From: Callorhinchus milii | Lineage: Eukaryota | Reading direction: 5' to 3' | Assembly (NCBI RefSeq): GCF_018977255.1 | Contig: NW_024704742.1 | Location: forward strand, 62,001-126,000 | Length of the DNA stretch: 64,000 bases | Shown here: positions 25,690-37,399 of the stretch, one piece after another | How positions within the stretch are numbered: the stretch's first letter is position 1 | Layout of the letters: each line of letters opens with the position of its first letter | Notes under the pieces: generated by a model | Seen by the model: the letters and a program-made list of their open reading frames with translations, nothing else | Told to the model about the DNA's origin: nothing | Databases searched by the model: none | Made by a program: the position numbers and the translations under genes

Positions 25690-26295
25690 ACCCATTCAAC
25701 CCATGCATTCCAGTCACAGCCAAAACACTCGTCCATGCATTCGTCACCTCTCAACTCGACTTTTTAAAATGTTCTTTTCGCCAGTCTCCCCAGCTCAACC
25801 ATACACAGGATCCAGCTGATCCAAAAGTCCGCCGCCCGCATACTCACCGATACTAAACTCTGCACCCTATCACACCAGTTCTAGCCAGGCTGCACTGGCT
25901 CCCTATCGCCAAACGGATCGATTTGAAGATCCTCACACACGTTTTCAAATTCCTTCATGCCCTGACACCTCCCTCTCTCTCTGAGCTGCTCACCCCCCAA
26001 CCCACAATATGCTGCCTCCGCTCGACTGGCTCCAGCCTCCTGCTTGTCCCCCATGCCCTCTGTTCCATCATTGGCGGCCACGCTTTCAGAAGCTATGCCC
26101 CGAAAGTCTGGAACACTCTTCCTCTATCCCTCCCTCAGCCAGCCCCTTCCTTCCCCATCGTCAGGTCGATCCTAAAGATTTTCAACCAGTCACCTCCCCC
26201 TCCCCCGGCTTAGCATCATGCTCCGCCACTGTCAAGTTCTCTGGTGCGCTACTCTGTGTGAGGGGCGCTACATAAATGCAAGTTGCTGTTGTTTT
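25690..26295 (+). mobile_element. L2 LINE 3' fragment
   Basis: Reads LHWLPI...KILTHVFKFLHALTP...GGHAFRSYAPKVWNTLP, followed by an L2 tail. Confidence 0.8.
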
Positions 26296-26731
26296 TGATA
26301 AGCACCTATTCATCCACACTGTAACCCTTTGACTCCAATTTGAAACACTCTTACATAAGTGTAAATTATATTGCACATGCATCTTAAGAAATCTGAATAA
26401 AAAAATCAAAACTCACAGAAATATAAGCGTGAAGTGGCTTTAACATGGATCACAATAGAAGTCAATTATCTAATTAGACGACAGATGTTCAAACAAAATA
26501 GTGAAGTCCTTCAATTTTATTTTAATTCAGTGGAATATTATTACTCGAAAAGAGAAGGGGGTTTCTTCCAGTGTCATGGCCATGATTTCTCCAAATAAAG
26601 AGGTCATGCAGCTCATTTTTTTGTAGGATATTGCTGTATTGCAAATTGGCTACCACTAATATTTTCAGTCAGGATTGCCATTTGCTGTCAGTCACATTTT
26701 ATTGAGTGGAAAAATCTTTATTAACTGCATT

Positions 26732-27224
26732 TTGGAGTCCTGCAGCTCAGTGGTTAGAGCACTCAGTTTGCAAGCGAGACACCTGGGTTCAATCCAGGCA
26801 GAGGGCGAAACCTTGGGCAAGTTTCCTTACTCCACACAGAGCCTAATAATAATCCTCCAAAACAAAACAATAATAAATTGGTCATTTTCAATCTACGACT
26901 GTTTGTGGGACATTGCTGTGCGCAATTGGCTGCCGCGTTCGCCCACAAATATACAGTCAATTCACTTTGCAGTGTGTTCTGTGAAGCGCTTTGGGACGTC
27001 CTCCCGACGTGAAAAGCGCTATATCAAATGCAAGGATTATTATTATTATTATTATTATTTTCAATCTATGACTGTTTTTGGGACATTGCTGAGTGCAATT
27101 GGCTGCCGCGTTCGCCCACAAATATACAGTCAATTTATTTTGCAGCATATTCTGCGAAGCGCTTTGAGATGTCTAGAAGATGTGAAAAGCGCTATATCAA
27201 ACGTAAGGATTATTATTATTATTA
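26732..27224 (+). mobile_element. Young SINE plus a tandem extra 3' half, ~200 nt upstream of the gene B TATA
   Basis: Full copy to ~27058, then a second, more diverged body and tail. Confidence 0.88.
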
Positions 27225-27525
27225 GTGTTCATACAACAATTAATTCTTATATCAATCTGATTAAACATACATTCGCTTCAGATTCCATGTGCTTCAGTGA
27301 GTCTGAACATGTTATGTCTATCATCTGACGTCTAGGTCAATTACAAATAAAAGTTTCCCAGAAAACCACAAGTTACATCACGCAAACTCCCCCCTGTCCC
27401 ATCCCCCCAACGAGTGACAAAATTCAACCTATAAATAAAGCAATGGAGAATCAGCAAGTTAGAACCAATCTGTAGCAGCACAGCAACAGGAAGAAGGTAA
27501 AGCAAGAACGAACAAGTAAAGCACA

Positions 27526-29086
27526 ATGAACAGCAAAGTTATCGTCACCACTCTCTCTCTCCTTGCATTTTATGTGGTTTCTACGCAAGGTAAGAAATTA
27601 AGAAATGATCCAAGTCTATGAAGCTGTACAGCAAAGATGCAGCTCTAAAGAACTTCACAGTATTTATACAGAATCTAACATTATATTTACAATGTATGCA
27701 TGACCGTAGTTAATAATAATCATTAGATATCATCAAGACATCTCAAAAGCACCTCACAGGATATAGTGTAACTTGCTGTGACTGAATGTGGAAGTCAGTT
27801 TCCAAACAGTATTTATTCAATAGAATTAATAATTGCAATTTACTGTTCATTTACAGTGTTTATGTTTTATAGCATCAACCATAGTGTTAGAGATATACAG
27901 ATACCAGTAGAGGTGTGTGTGTCCTTCTCTGACTGCACAGTGTATATCTAGAAATTCACTCATATAGTCTGACTTACTGAAAAGAAAGTCAATATCTTCA
28001 GCCATATTTAATTTGAAAAAAATTGTGGTGAACGGTTATCATTGGTGATCAAGTCTAAAGTAGTGTTACTTGTTCTCTCCACAGCTGCTTCTCTTCGACG
28101 TACAGAAGTAAATCTGCGCTGCAACTGCATCAGAACAAATTCCAATTTCATCCATCCAAAGTTCATGGATCATATAGATATTTTTCCCAGTGGTCCTCAC
28201 TGTCCAGTGGTGGAAATCATGTAAGTATTGCTCGTGATAATTCTGCTATTTGCGTGATTAATGAGACTTGAGCATTTTTATGAAGAGTTGATCCCTCTTT
28301 AAACTGAGGGCACACAACAGTATTTGACATCTCTCTTCATCTCTTTCAGTGCCACCCTTAAGAGCGGTAACCGTGTCTGCCTGTATCCTGAAGCTTCCTG
28401 GGTAAAGAAGATCATTGAAAAGATGATGACGAGGTAAGCATCCTTCTGGTCAGGAATAAGATAGTAAACCGATTCACTGGACATGACAGAAAGCAATATC
28501 ATGTTTAGTTCAAAGTTATAGCTGTCCGTAGCACACAAAGTTGTGGAGGCTTGTGGCTCAGTGGTTAGAGCACTTGCCTCGCAAACAAGAGGACCTGGGT
28601 TTGATTCTTGGCAGAGCAAAATATTGAGCATGTTTCCTTACTCCACTCATCCCTGTTTACCTAGCAGTAAATAAGAACCTGGTTGTTAGTCAATTGGCGA
28701 ATCGCTTTTCTGGTGGTAATAATCCTTAAAGTATATTTTAAATAATAATAATTAGGTCACCCTATTGTTTGTGGGACACTTTTGTGCACAATTGGTTGCC
28801 GCGTTTCATCCCCACAAAACATACAGTCAATTCATTTTACAGTGTATTCTGTGAAGTGCTTTGAGATGTCTAGAAGACGTGATAAGGTGCTACATCAAAT
28901 GCAAGGATTATTATTATTATTAAAGTTACTTCCTATGTGAGATGGAGGAACACGAAAAAAGAGTAACACAAAGCACTACAGCAAGGTAGAGCAGAATGCC
29001 TAATTCCTCAAATGCTTCTATCTATGTTAATGGTTGTAATATTTAATAATTATTATATTTTCTACAGTAATGATGAACGTCACTGA
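27526..29086 (+). CDS. cxcl8: CXCL8 (IL-8)-like chemokine, gene B (NLR-CNC)
   Basis: Exons 27526-27589 (64 nt), 28085-28220 (136), 28350-28433 (84) and 29068-29086, with canonical splice sites. Product 100 aa: MNSKVIVTTLSLLAFYVVSTQAASLRRTEVNLRCNCIRTNSNFIHPKFMDHIDIFPSGPHCPVVEIIATLKSGNRVCLYPEASWVKKIIEKMMTSNDERH. It has a signal peptide, CXC, GPHC, EIIATLK and CLxPxxxWV. TATAAA at 27430-27435. Confidence 0.93.
28542..28922 (+). mobile_element. Long-form SINE in gene B intron 3
   Basis: tRNA head, extra central segment CCTGTTTACCTAGCAGTAA, shared body and (ATT)n tail. Confidence 0.85.
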
Positions 29087-31326
29087 AGAGAAATACCACG
29101 TGCCTGAATGTCAAGGGAATGTAAGCCACATGTCACTGTACGACATGGGCAGTTCATATCCACTGTAGTTATCCTCAGGCTTATTTTCAGCAGTCAATAT
29201 TCGTAAATCTAGTTGAATCAGTATTACTTTATCTATACAATGCTCATTTATTTGTATAATCATATTTATTTATGTATTGATTTATTTAACTGTGTCATGA
29301 AATTAAGTTTGAAGTATAGATCTTACAATTGAGGCTCAATTGAAATATATCCTGGTAACCTTAGAAACCTTGTAACCTGAGTGCGAATATCCAATGGTTT
29401 GAATGTCAAATAGCCACTCAGATCACTTGGACCTGTGGTTCTGATTGATTTGGTGTTGCCACTTGAACCACCCAATTGCACTGTTACTGTCGACTCACTG
29501 CTGCCGGATTATGGAACTTAGAGGCTTGTCTATTTGTGTGACACATTGGGAACTAAACCACAGCTATTCATTATTAATAAGGATAATTTATTATTAATAA
29601 TGATGATTTGTTATTAGTAACAAAATCTCTATTGGGAATTATTCTTTCTGGTAACCGGAAGTACTTTGTTTAGAATTCTTTCTGGAAATAGATAACATCT
29701 GTTCAGATTATTGCTGGCAATGCGGCAATAAACTGTGAATTATTGGACGCAATTCTATTTTATTTCTTCTCAGCAATTTTGTGGTCATAAATGTCTTAAG
29801 GTATTTTGTATTAATTTATAGTTGCTGACTGTGTTGTGTATGTACCCTCACACCTCTCTGTCTTCCCCCACCTCTACACCACCCCTCCCCCATGTTCAGG
29901 CCTCCGACACCTGAGTGTTCAGCGCTTTGGGACATCCTCCCGACGTGAAAGGCGCTCTAATAAATGTAAAAATGTAAATGTAATTTGTTGTTGCTGTTAT
30001 ATTGACAATAACAATGTATGTACGTGGACAGTATCTGTTATCTTTTTAACACATTTGTATTTATAACTTTTTCTGTGAAATTATTTATTTATATATTTTA
30101 ATAAAAGGGTAAATTATTTCATATTTCAAAACGTTGAATTTGTTGTCTGTTTAAATTGTTCAGCTTGTCTACATTGAGTATTTAACAAGAGCTCACAGTT
30201 ATAACTTGCCCATCACATCTTGGAGCACTGCACAAAGACAGGATGGGCACTGAGCGAGGGAGATGGGGAGGGGGAATGGGGAGTGATCATAAGTGCAAAG
30301 TGGTAGACTTTTAGGCAGGATTTAAAGATAGACAGGTGGTGAGGAAGGGAGTCCCAGAGACTTGGGGTGTAGTAACTGAAGGTATGGCCTTGGTGCAGAG
30401 TTGGTGGGTGACACACAGAAGGCCTGAGTTTGCCAGGGAGAGGGTCAAGTGTTCAGAAGAGCATCAACAGAAAACTCAAATATTGGGATTTAGGTTGGCA
30501 TAACAAAAAAAATGCTTAACCTTTGGATTTCTAAACTTTCTCAAAAAATACTGTGCCATATAGTGCACACCCTCCTTTACAACAGTTTGCCCTCCAACTC
30601 CTTCACTATAGTTCACACCCTACCCTTTCACTGTAGTTTACCCCCACAATTCTTCACCATAATTTACCCCAGCACTCTTTCCTACAGTTTACACACACAT
30701 ACTTTCACGATTTGCATCCCCACTTGTTCACTATTGTCTAGCTCCTCCCCCTTTCAGTATATCATCCTTGGGTGGAGAGATGAGGAGGCTTCCCTAGAAG
30801 CTGAGCTGACTCCAGGATAATGTGCTTAGCAATGGAATATCAGAATCGAACCAACCCTCTGTGGCAGTCTTGGTAGTCCAGTTCCAGGTCTGCAGTACTC
30901 TAGAGTACTGATGACAAACCAGACAGACTGGCACATTGGCAGGACTTGGAAGGGCAAACCAATCTCTGAGAATAGTGATTCTTCCCACTCAGCACCTAAA
31001 AACTCTACAAACCAATGCTCTAATGGGTAGTGTAGAACGAGTTGAATAATTAGTAGGAAGCTTGCTTAATAGTGATCTTAATGCAAACTATATGATTTTA
31101 GTGAGTTAAGCTCCAGCAGCACCCCCAGGCCTTGGCTCTTGCCAACCTGCACCTTATATAGGTAAGCAGGATGTGTTCCTCCAGGGAGAGAGGGTGCACT
31201 CTATTCAAAACGTAAGGAACTTTCCATGTGTGGCTGACATAAATTTGTGGAAAGCTTAGTCCGGTTTCAGTACTCTTAAGCATGGTGGTGGGTTTCAACG
31301 TGCCAGTCACCTGGTCAACAAAAAAA

Positions 31327-31715
31327 TCTCCTCAAGAAAGAGATAAAATGGAGGGTGAGGTGGGGGCGGTGACCATAAGCATGGTTGAAGAGGAAGGTTT
31401 TCAAGCGGGCTTGAAAGAGGGGAAAGAGGGGGCAAGACAGAGGGATCGAGGGAAAGTGTTCCAGAGTTTTGGGTCATAATGGCTGAAAGCACGATCCCCG
31501 ATGGTGGGGCGGAGGTGACGGACAAGCAGGAGCCAGTGCCAGTCAAGCGGAGGCACCGGGTGGTGGACTGGGGAGTGAGGAGGTCGGAGAGGGAAGGAGG
31601 TGCCAGAGAGTGAAGGGATTTGAACACGAGTGAGAGGAACTTGAAGTCGATCCTTTCGGTGATGGGGAACCAATGGAGCCTGGGCCAGAACTGGTGAGAT
31701 GGGCAGTCCCGCCCA
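31327..31715 (-). mobile_element. L2 LINE 3' fragment
   Basis: Reverse ORFs read FKSLHSLAPPSLSDLL and IGDRAFSHYDPKLWN. Confidence 0.8.
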
Positions 31716-31969
31716 TCTCAGATCCAAGAACATATAGCAGGTACTGGGAGCTGAAAAGAAAAAAAGCTCTTGCGCATCCCACTATTCCAGTTGGTGGACC
31801 ACAGTTTAAACCAGCATTAAATATGAAATTCTAACCCTAAATTCTTACCATGAAATTCAGGATTCCATTCACCTTGTTGCTTTTGCTCTGTCTTTGTAGA
31901 AATAGTTAGGGTTATTAGGAGGAAGATGGATTTTTTTCTTTGAATATTTATAATCTCTTTCTTTGGTTT

Positions 31970-32700
31970 TGTGTCAGCCTAGCTCAGTTGGTAGCAATCT
32001 CCCCTCTCAGTCGGAAGATTGTAGGTTCAAGACCTTTGAGCTCACAGTCTAAGATGACACTGAAGTGTAGTATTAGGGGAGCAGTAAAGTGTTCGAGGTG
32101 TCGTCTGGACAAGCTGTGAAACTAAGGCCCCGTCAGCCTGTTCATGTGAACATTAAAGATATCATGACTCTTCAAAAAGAGGTGGGCGTTTCTCCCTGTG
32201 TCCTGGTCAACAATCTCTCAAACTTCATGACTGTTTATGCAACATTGCTGTTTAGGAGTCCTGTAGCTCAGTGGTTAGAGCACTCGGCTCGCAAGCGAGA
32301 GACCTGGGTTCGATTCCCAGCAGGGTGAAACATTGGGCAAGTTTCCTTACTCCACACGCCTGTAAATAATCCCTCAAGAAAAAAAACCAATAACAATTTG
32401 GTCACTTCAATCCACAACTGTGGGTCACTGCTGTGCGCAATTCACTGCCGCATTTCGCCCACAAATATATAATCAATTCACCTTACAGTATATTCTGTGA
32501 AGCTCTTTGAGACGTCTAGAAGACGTGAAAACACTAAATCAAATGCAAGGATTATTATTATTATTAGTGCTGTGTACAATTTGGCTGCATGTTCACCTAC
32601 AAATACACAGTCACTACACTTTGCAGTAAATCCTGTGAAGCACCTTGAGGTGTTTCAATGACATGAGAAGGCGCTATATTAATTGCAAAGAGTATTATTA
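31970..32700 (+). mobile_element. Deu-domain SINE with a younger SINE (32256-32566) nested in its body
   Basis: The host body ends ...ACATTGCTG at ~32250 and resumes TGCTGTGTACAAT... at ~32568. Confidence 0.7.
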
Positions 32701-34885
32701 TGAAAATTGGCTTCAGTCCTCTCTGATTCACAGGGAATGACTCAATCTATTATTGCCAAAAGAATTCAATGTGCTGAGTCTCGGGAAGCGTTCTGCCTGT
32801 TAATCTGCCTGTAAATGGATAATCAACAGAAAAGTCTGATGACTCCTTCCGTACTGTCTATCTTCGCAGGGAAGGAATTTTTGATTGATTCCTTTGGAAA
32901 CCCCATAATCTGAAAGTTACCACATCATTGCTGTGTAAACTATAAACTGTAAACTCTACATTCTTAGATGTTGCTTGCTGTGAGGAAATATTTTCTTTCT
33001 CTGTGTTCTGACATTTCCAATGGATAGTTTAGCAAAGTCACAATCTATACATCAGTAACAAAGCAGCCGAGTAGAGATAGCCCAAGATATAGAGGCAGGT
33101 CAGCACATGCCACTCCACTGGCTCTGTTTAGTCTCTTTCTTTCCTTCATCTCTTTCTCTCTCTTTCTCTTTCTCAAAGCACTGCACAGGATATAGTGTAA
33201 AATGAACTGACTATGTATTTTGAGTGCGAAATGAGGCAGCCAGTTGAACACAGTACTCCTGCAGTACCCCAACGCACACTCTGGGGTCCGTCCCCAAGCC
33301 TGGGCTCTTGCCAACCTGCGCCTAATACTTTCCAGAATTAGATAAGCACAATGTCTTTCCAGGGAAAGAGTGCATTGTGTTCCAACAATCTATCACTGGG
33401 ATTTCCATGTGTAGGTGGGATGAATGGAAATCTCAGCTGGATTTAGATACTCTTCAGCATGGTTATGGTTTTCTGCATGTGTCAGACACCTGGCTGACCA
33501 AAAAAAAGCACCCAGCCCACCCGCTCCACCTATGTCTTAAAATAGAAGAGCCTGAGAATCATCTACTGCCATCCAGACCTCAGCACTCCAACACACATGG
33601 TTATTCTACAATCTACAATATTGGCACAACATTCTGTAACTAGTGTATAAAATCTTAGAAACCCACTGAATACAGGTAAAATCAAAGCCATCTCAGCTGC
33701 CTGCGTGCTTCAGAGACACATCACAGGTAACTTTCAGCCTTGTGGCAGTGAAGTTTAGTATTTCTATATGAAGCAGAGGCAGACAAAGATTTTATCAAAT
33801 AGGTGTGGTGTGAATGCCATATGAGGGTGTGGAGGAGGAAGAAAGATAGACTTATTTCAGTAAATGTATGACTGAAAGCACATTCCCACTCACAATACAG
33901 CTGGAGGCAATATTCTCACGTGAAACAAATTAAAGAAGCTTGCTGATATAAATTATGCACAAAGCATTTAGCAATGGGTTTTTCCAGGTGTTTTCCTAGA
34001 ACTTTCAATTATGATTTGTTAGGAGGAAAGAAAAATGAAAAATTGAGAGGTGCAGTTCAAATCTTTTCCAGGGGTAATAAAATCTTTTTTTTAAAAATAT
34101 GTGGTCACTCAATCTACCACTGTTTCAAGGAAACTTTCTGTGCGCAACTGGAAATCATACAAAAAGATTTCACAAAACAATCTTTTAAATGTGTAAAACC
34201 AAAACACATTGAACAATGTCTGTTAACAGGGACACATTAGGATATAACAGAAGAAGTTAAAAGTAAGTAAATATNAAAAAATCATGAGGTCTGAAATAAA
34301 TTGAAATTCAACATAATCTACGATCAATTTAATATAATGTAACATAAACTCATCTTTCATTTAAAGTTTTCTAATTCTATTCTAAACTGTTCCTTCATAG
34401 GTAAATATATCCTTCTGGCACTTTAGGTAACAAATTATTTTAACTCATTGCAGTTGTTCTATGAATGATTTAATTTCCTGTTCTCAATTGCCACAAGCTC
34501 AGCAATATAATAATTCACATAGTCTGTTCATTCATTACGTTATGTATTGTGTAGGTCAAGTCGTGTTGCAGAAAGTGCAGTCACCCCCAAAAATGTTTAT
34601 CGGTCATTAAATAGCTAAAATTTACTGATTTTTAGGGAAAATATACATTGACATTCTATTCATTGTCAAATCGTTTTATTCATTCAATGGGGTGAAAACT
34701 GCAGCATGAGATCGATTACAAACTGTTTGAGGCACACGGCAGGGCTGGGTATAGAGCTAATGACAAATGTGAGGTGGAAATAGGACTTGTTAAGGCTTCA
34801 AGTTTAATAAAGACCACGTTAAACTGGCAGTGCAGGTTGTTAAAGCTAATCTCTGATCTGACACTTCACAGGAGTGGACTTCTTT

Positions 34886-34895
34886 GGGAAATTCC
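34886..34895 (+). promoter_or_regulatory. Upstream consensus NF-kB site of gene C
   Basis: GGGAAATTCC, ~590 nt upstream of the TATA box and outside the duplicated block. Confidence 0.5.
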
Positions 34896-35429
34896 ATGTC
34901 TTGATTAAAAATACCTGAACCAGAAAGGACTGTCCATCAATTGGACTTTATTACCAAATTAATGACAAACCACGACAAAGGCAGCAATGAGCATTGTCGG
35001 GGAATGTTTGGCCTTTTTCCCATTCATTTTCCTTTTGCTATAATACAAGTGAAAAACCTCTCCGGGACAATACAGGACTGACAGTGGGAGTATCCGATTT
35101 AGTTACAGAACAACTGCGTGCGATCGAGTTTGAGGTAATGGGCCATTGACACAATTAATCCCTTACAGTTAGTATCGCCTGATTTAGACAGCAGTTTCAA
35201 TCTGGTTTAAGTTAGTATAATACTAGTCCTCCTGATGTTCCTGACGTGATATGTTTCATTGGCAAATTCCCAGCAAAGCTGTGGTAAGACTTTGGAGCTG
35301 AAAAAAAAGGGTTTTGTAACAGTAATAAACCTGAGAGAATCGCGTGAAACCACAAGAATGGACAAATGTGACCTTAAGTCATTGCTGACCTGGTTTCCGT
35401 TGACGAATGATGTTGTAAGGAACACCTCA

Positions 35430-35484
35430 ACTTCCTGGGAAACTCCAAGATTTGGAATGACTCACAGCCTTTTCAGGATATAAA
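35430..35484 (+). promoter_or_regulatory. Gene C proximal promoter: ETS-like, NF-kB, AP-1, TATA
   Basis: ACTTCCTG, GGGAAACTCC 35437-35446 (fits GGGRNNYYCC), TGACTCA 35458-35464 and TATAAA 35479-35484. NF-kB/AP-1 control of CXCL8 is established in mammals. Confidence 0.75.
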
Positions 35485-35575
35485 GCGGCAGTTGAGCGGT
35501 GAGGAGTCAGAAACAAACTGCAGCCGCACAGCACAGCACAGGGCAGAGACACAGCAAACACCACGTACAGCAAAG

Positions 35576-36577
35576 ATGGACAGCAAACTGACCGTCACCG
35601 TCCTCGCTCTCCTCGCACTATATGTGGCTTCTACACGAGGTAAGAAATCATCTGCCGGAATGTACGGTGTTTAATTATAATGTACCACCAGCCCTCAGGA
35701 TTCCAGTGTGAGGGACACTGACTCCAACAGAGAGATGTGATGGGACTTTGATTCCCAAACCTGTAAATCTGTATGAGAATGAGAACCTTTTGATGGCATT
35801 TTACTCTGAAGCCTAAACCTCTGCACTGGGTTTATTTCACAGCTGCATCTATCGGAAGCGCGGGAGGAAGTCTGCGTTGTCAGTGCGTTAAAACAATGTC
35901 TGAGTTCATCAATCCGAAGTTCATGAAGAACATTGAGATTGTTCCAAGTGGTCCTCACTGCAGCAATGCAGAGATCATGTAAGTGTCATTAATGTGGAGC
36001 ATTAATACCGTCCCGTTTCTTTCAGTCGCGATATTTTTAAACAGTTTCAGCAGAGATTTGAGGCTGACCATTTGACACGTCTTGTTCTTCTCTTGCAGTG
36101 TCACTCTGAAAAGCACAAACCGAGTCTGTCTGGACCCACAAGCTCCCTGGGTGAAAAGGATCATTAACAGGGTGATGAATGGGTAAGTGCCCATTCCTGT
36201 GTCAGGGTGGGATCAGGGAAAGGGAACCAGTTCACCTCTGTGCCAAGTGACAGCCACAAATGCTCCTGAGTCAAGTGAAGCATCAGACAATGACATAAAG
36301 AGCTTCTCCACATGCAGTTTCACCCACAAAATACACAGTCAATCAGTCAATTCACTTTACCTTATATTCTGTGACACACTTTGAGAAGTCTCAAAGACGT
36401 GATTAGGAGCTATATCAAATTCAAGCATTATTATTATTATCTGAAAAGTCACAGACTCAACATATTTAACCTCCTTTCTGAAGTACCTGCATTCTTAAAA
36501 ACGACTTTATGTGTATTAGAATTGGTAACTCATGAATTGTTTCATCTTTCTGCAGTGCCAATGCTGAAGGTCACTAA
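35576..36577 (+). CDS. cxcl8: CXCL8 (IL-8)-like chemokine, gene C (SLR-CQC)
   Basis: Exons 35576-35639, 35843-35978, 36099-36182 and 36556-36577, with canonical splice sites. Product 101 aa: MDSKLTVTVLALLALYVASTRAASIGSAGGSLRCQCVKTMSEFINPKFMKNIEIVPSGPHCSNAEIIVTLKSTNRVCLDPQAPWVKRIINRVMNGANAEGH. Confidence 0.94.
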
Positions 36578-37251
36578 GAATGTCTAAGGATGGAGAGAGA
36601 GCCTGAAAGCCTCTTGTCACAGTCTCGTTACTACCTCAGCTGTCTTCGTGTTCAGACTTCTTCTCAGCAGGCAGCAAATGTTAACCTGGTTTAAAGCAGT
36701 CTTCACTGAAGTTTATATCCATTGCATGTATGTTCTTACTGAACAATGTAATTATCTTGAAATGCGTTTATTTTCTCAACTGAGACTAAACTGTGGCCAG
36801 CACTTAGGACTGAGAGCAACCGAGGGACTGGATGCAAAGTAATAAGCCAACAGCTGGATCTGTGATCCTGCTGTTTGCTAGGATTTTTGTTGTTGTTATT
36901 CAATGAGATTTTGTCCCATATGTTGTCAGGTTATGGTGTGACATGCACAGTTAGTTACTCAGTGGAAATGTCACTCAGTATGACAAATTGTCAGTATTAT
37001 GATATTGGTTCGGTCTTTTGATTTATTTGGGCTTTTATTTGCTTCGGTATTTATATTATGTATTTATTCTCTTACATTGAGAGTGCTAAAATGTCTACAG
37101 AAAATAATTTGTTGAAAACTAATTTATGTTTCAAAGTAATTTATTAAGACAATAAATGGATTAATTACTATTTATTTATAGTATTTCAAATTTGATATAA
37201 CTGTCTGTTATATTTGTTACATCTTGTTTAAAAGGAACATTGCAGATTAAA
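36578..37251 (+). promoter_or_regulatory. Gene C 3'UTR with AU-rich elements and poly(A) signals (duplicated for gene D)
   Basis: ATTTA clusters at 37020-37180, AATAAA 37151-37156 and ATTAAA 37246-37251. Confidence 0.55.
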
Positions 37252-37399
37252 AGTTATTCATCAAATAATCCCTGCACTTGATTTCTATTTGTACATTGAT
37301 TGCATTTGACTTTTCACAATGAACCATCATAGCTCATTCCTCTAACCCTGGAGATGATCTTTGATCTTTGATCATCTCCTCTCAATAACCTGTGAGGCC

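Noticed and set aside
34275..34275. Single N base
   Set aside because: Assembly ambiguity rather than a feature; noted only as a caution for the nearby duplication.
35492..35674. ORF-track N-terminal extension before MDSKLTV (also 43760)
   Set aside because: Starts at a non-ATG codon just after the TATA box and reads into intron 1; the ATG at 35576 matches the paralogs.
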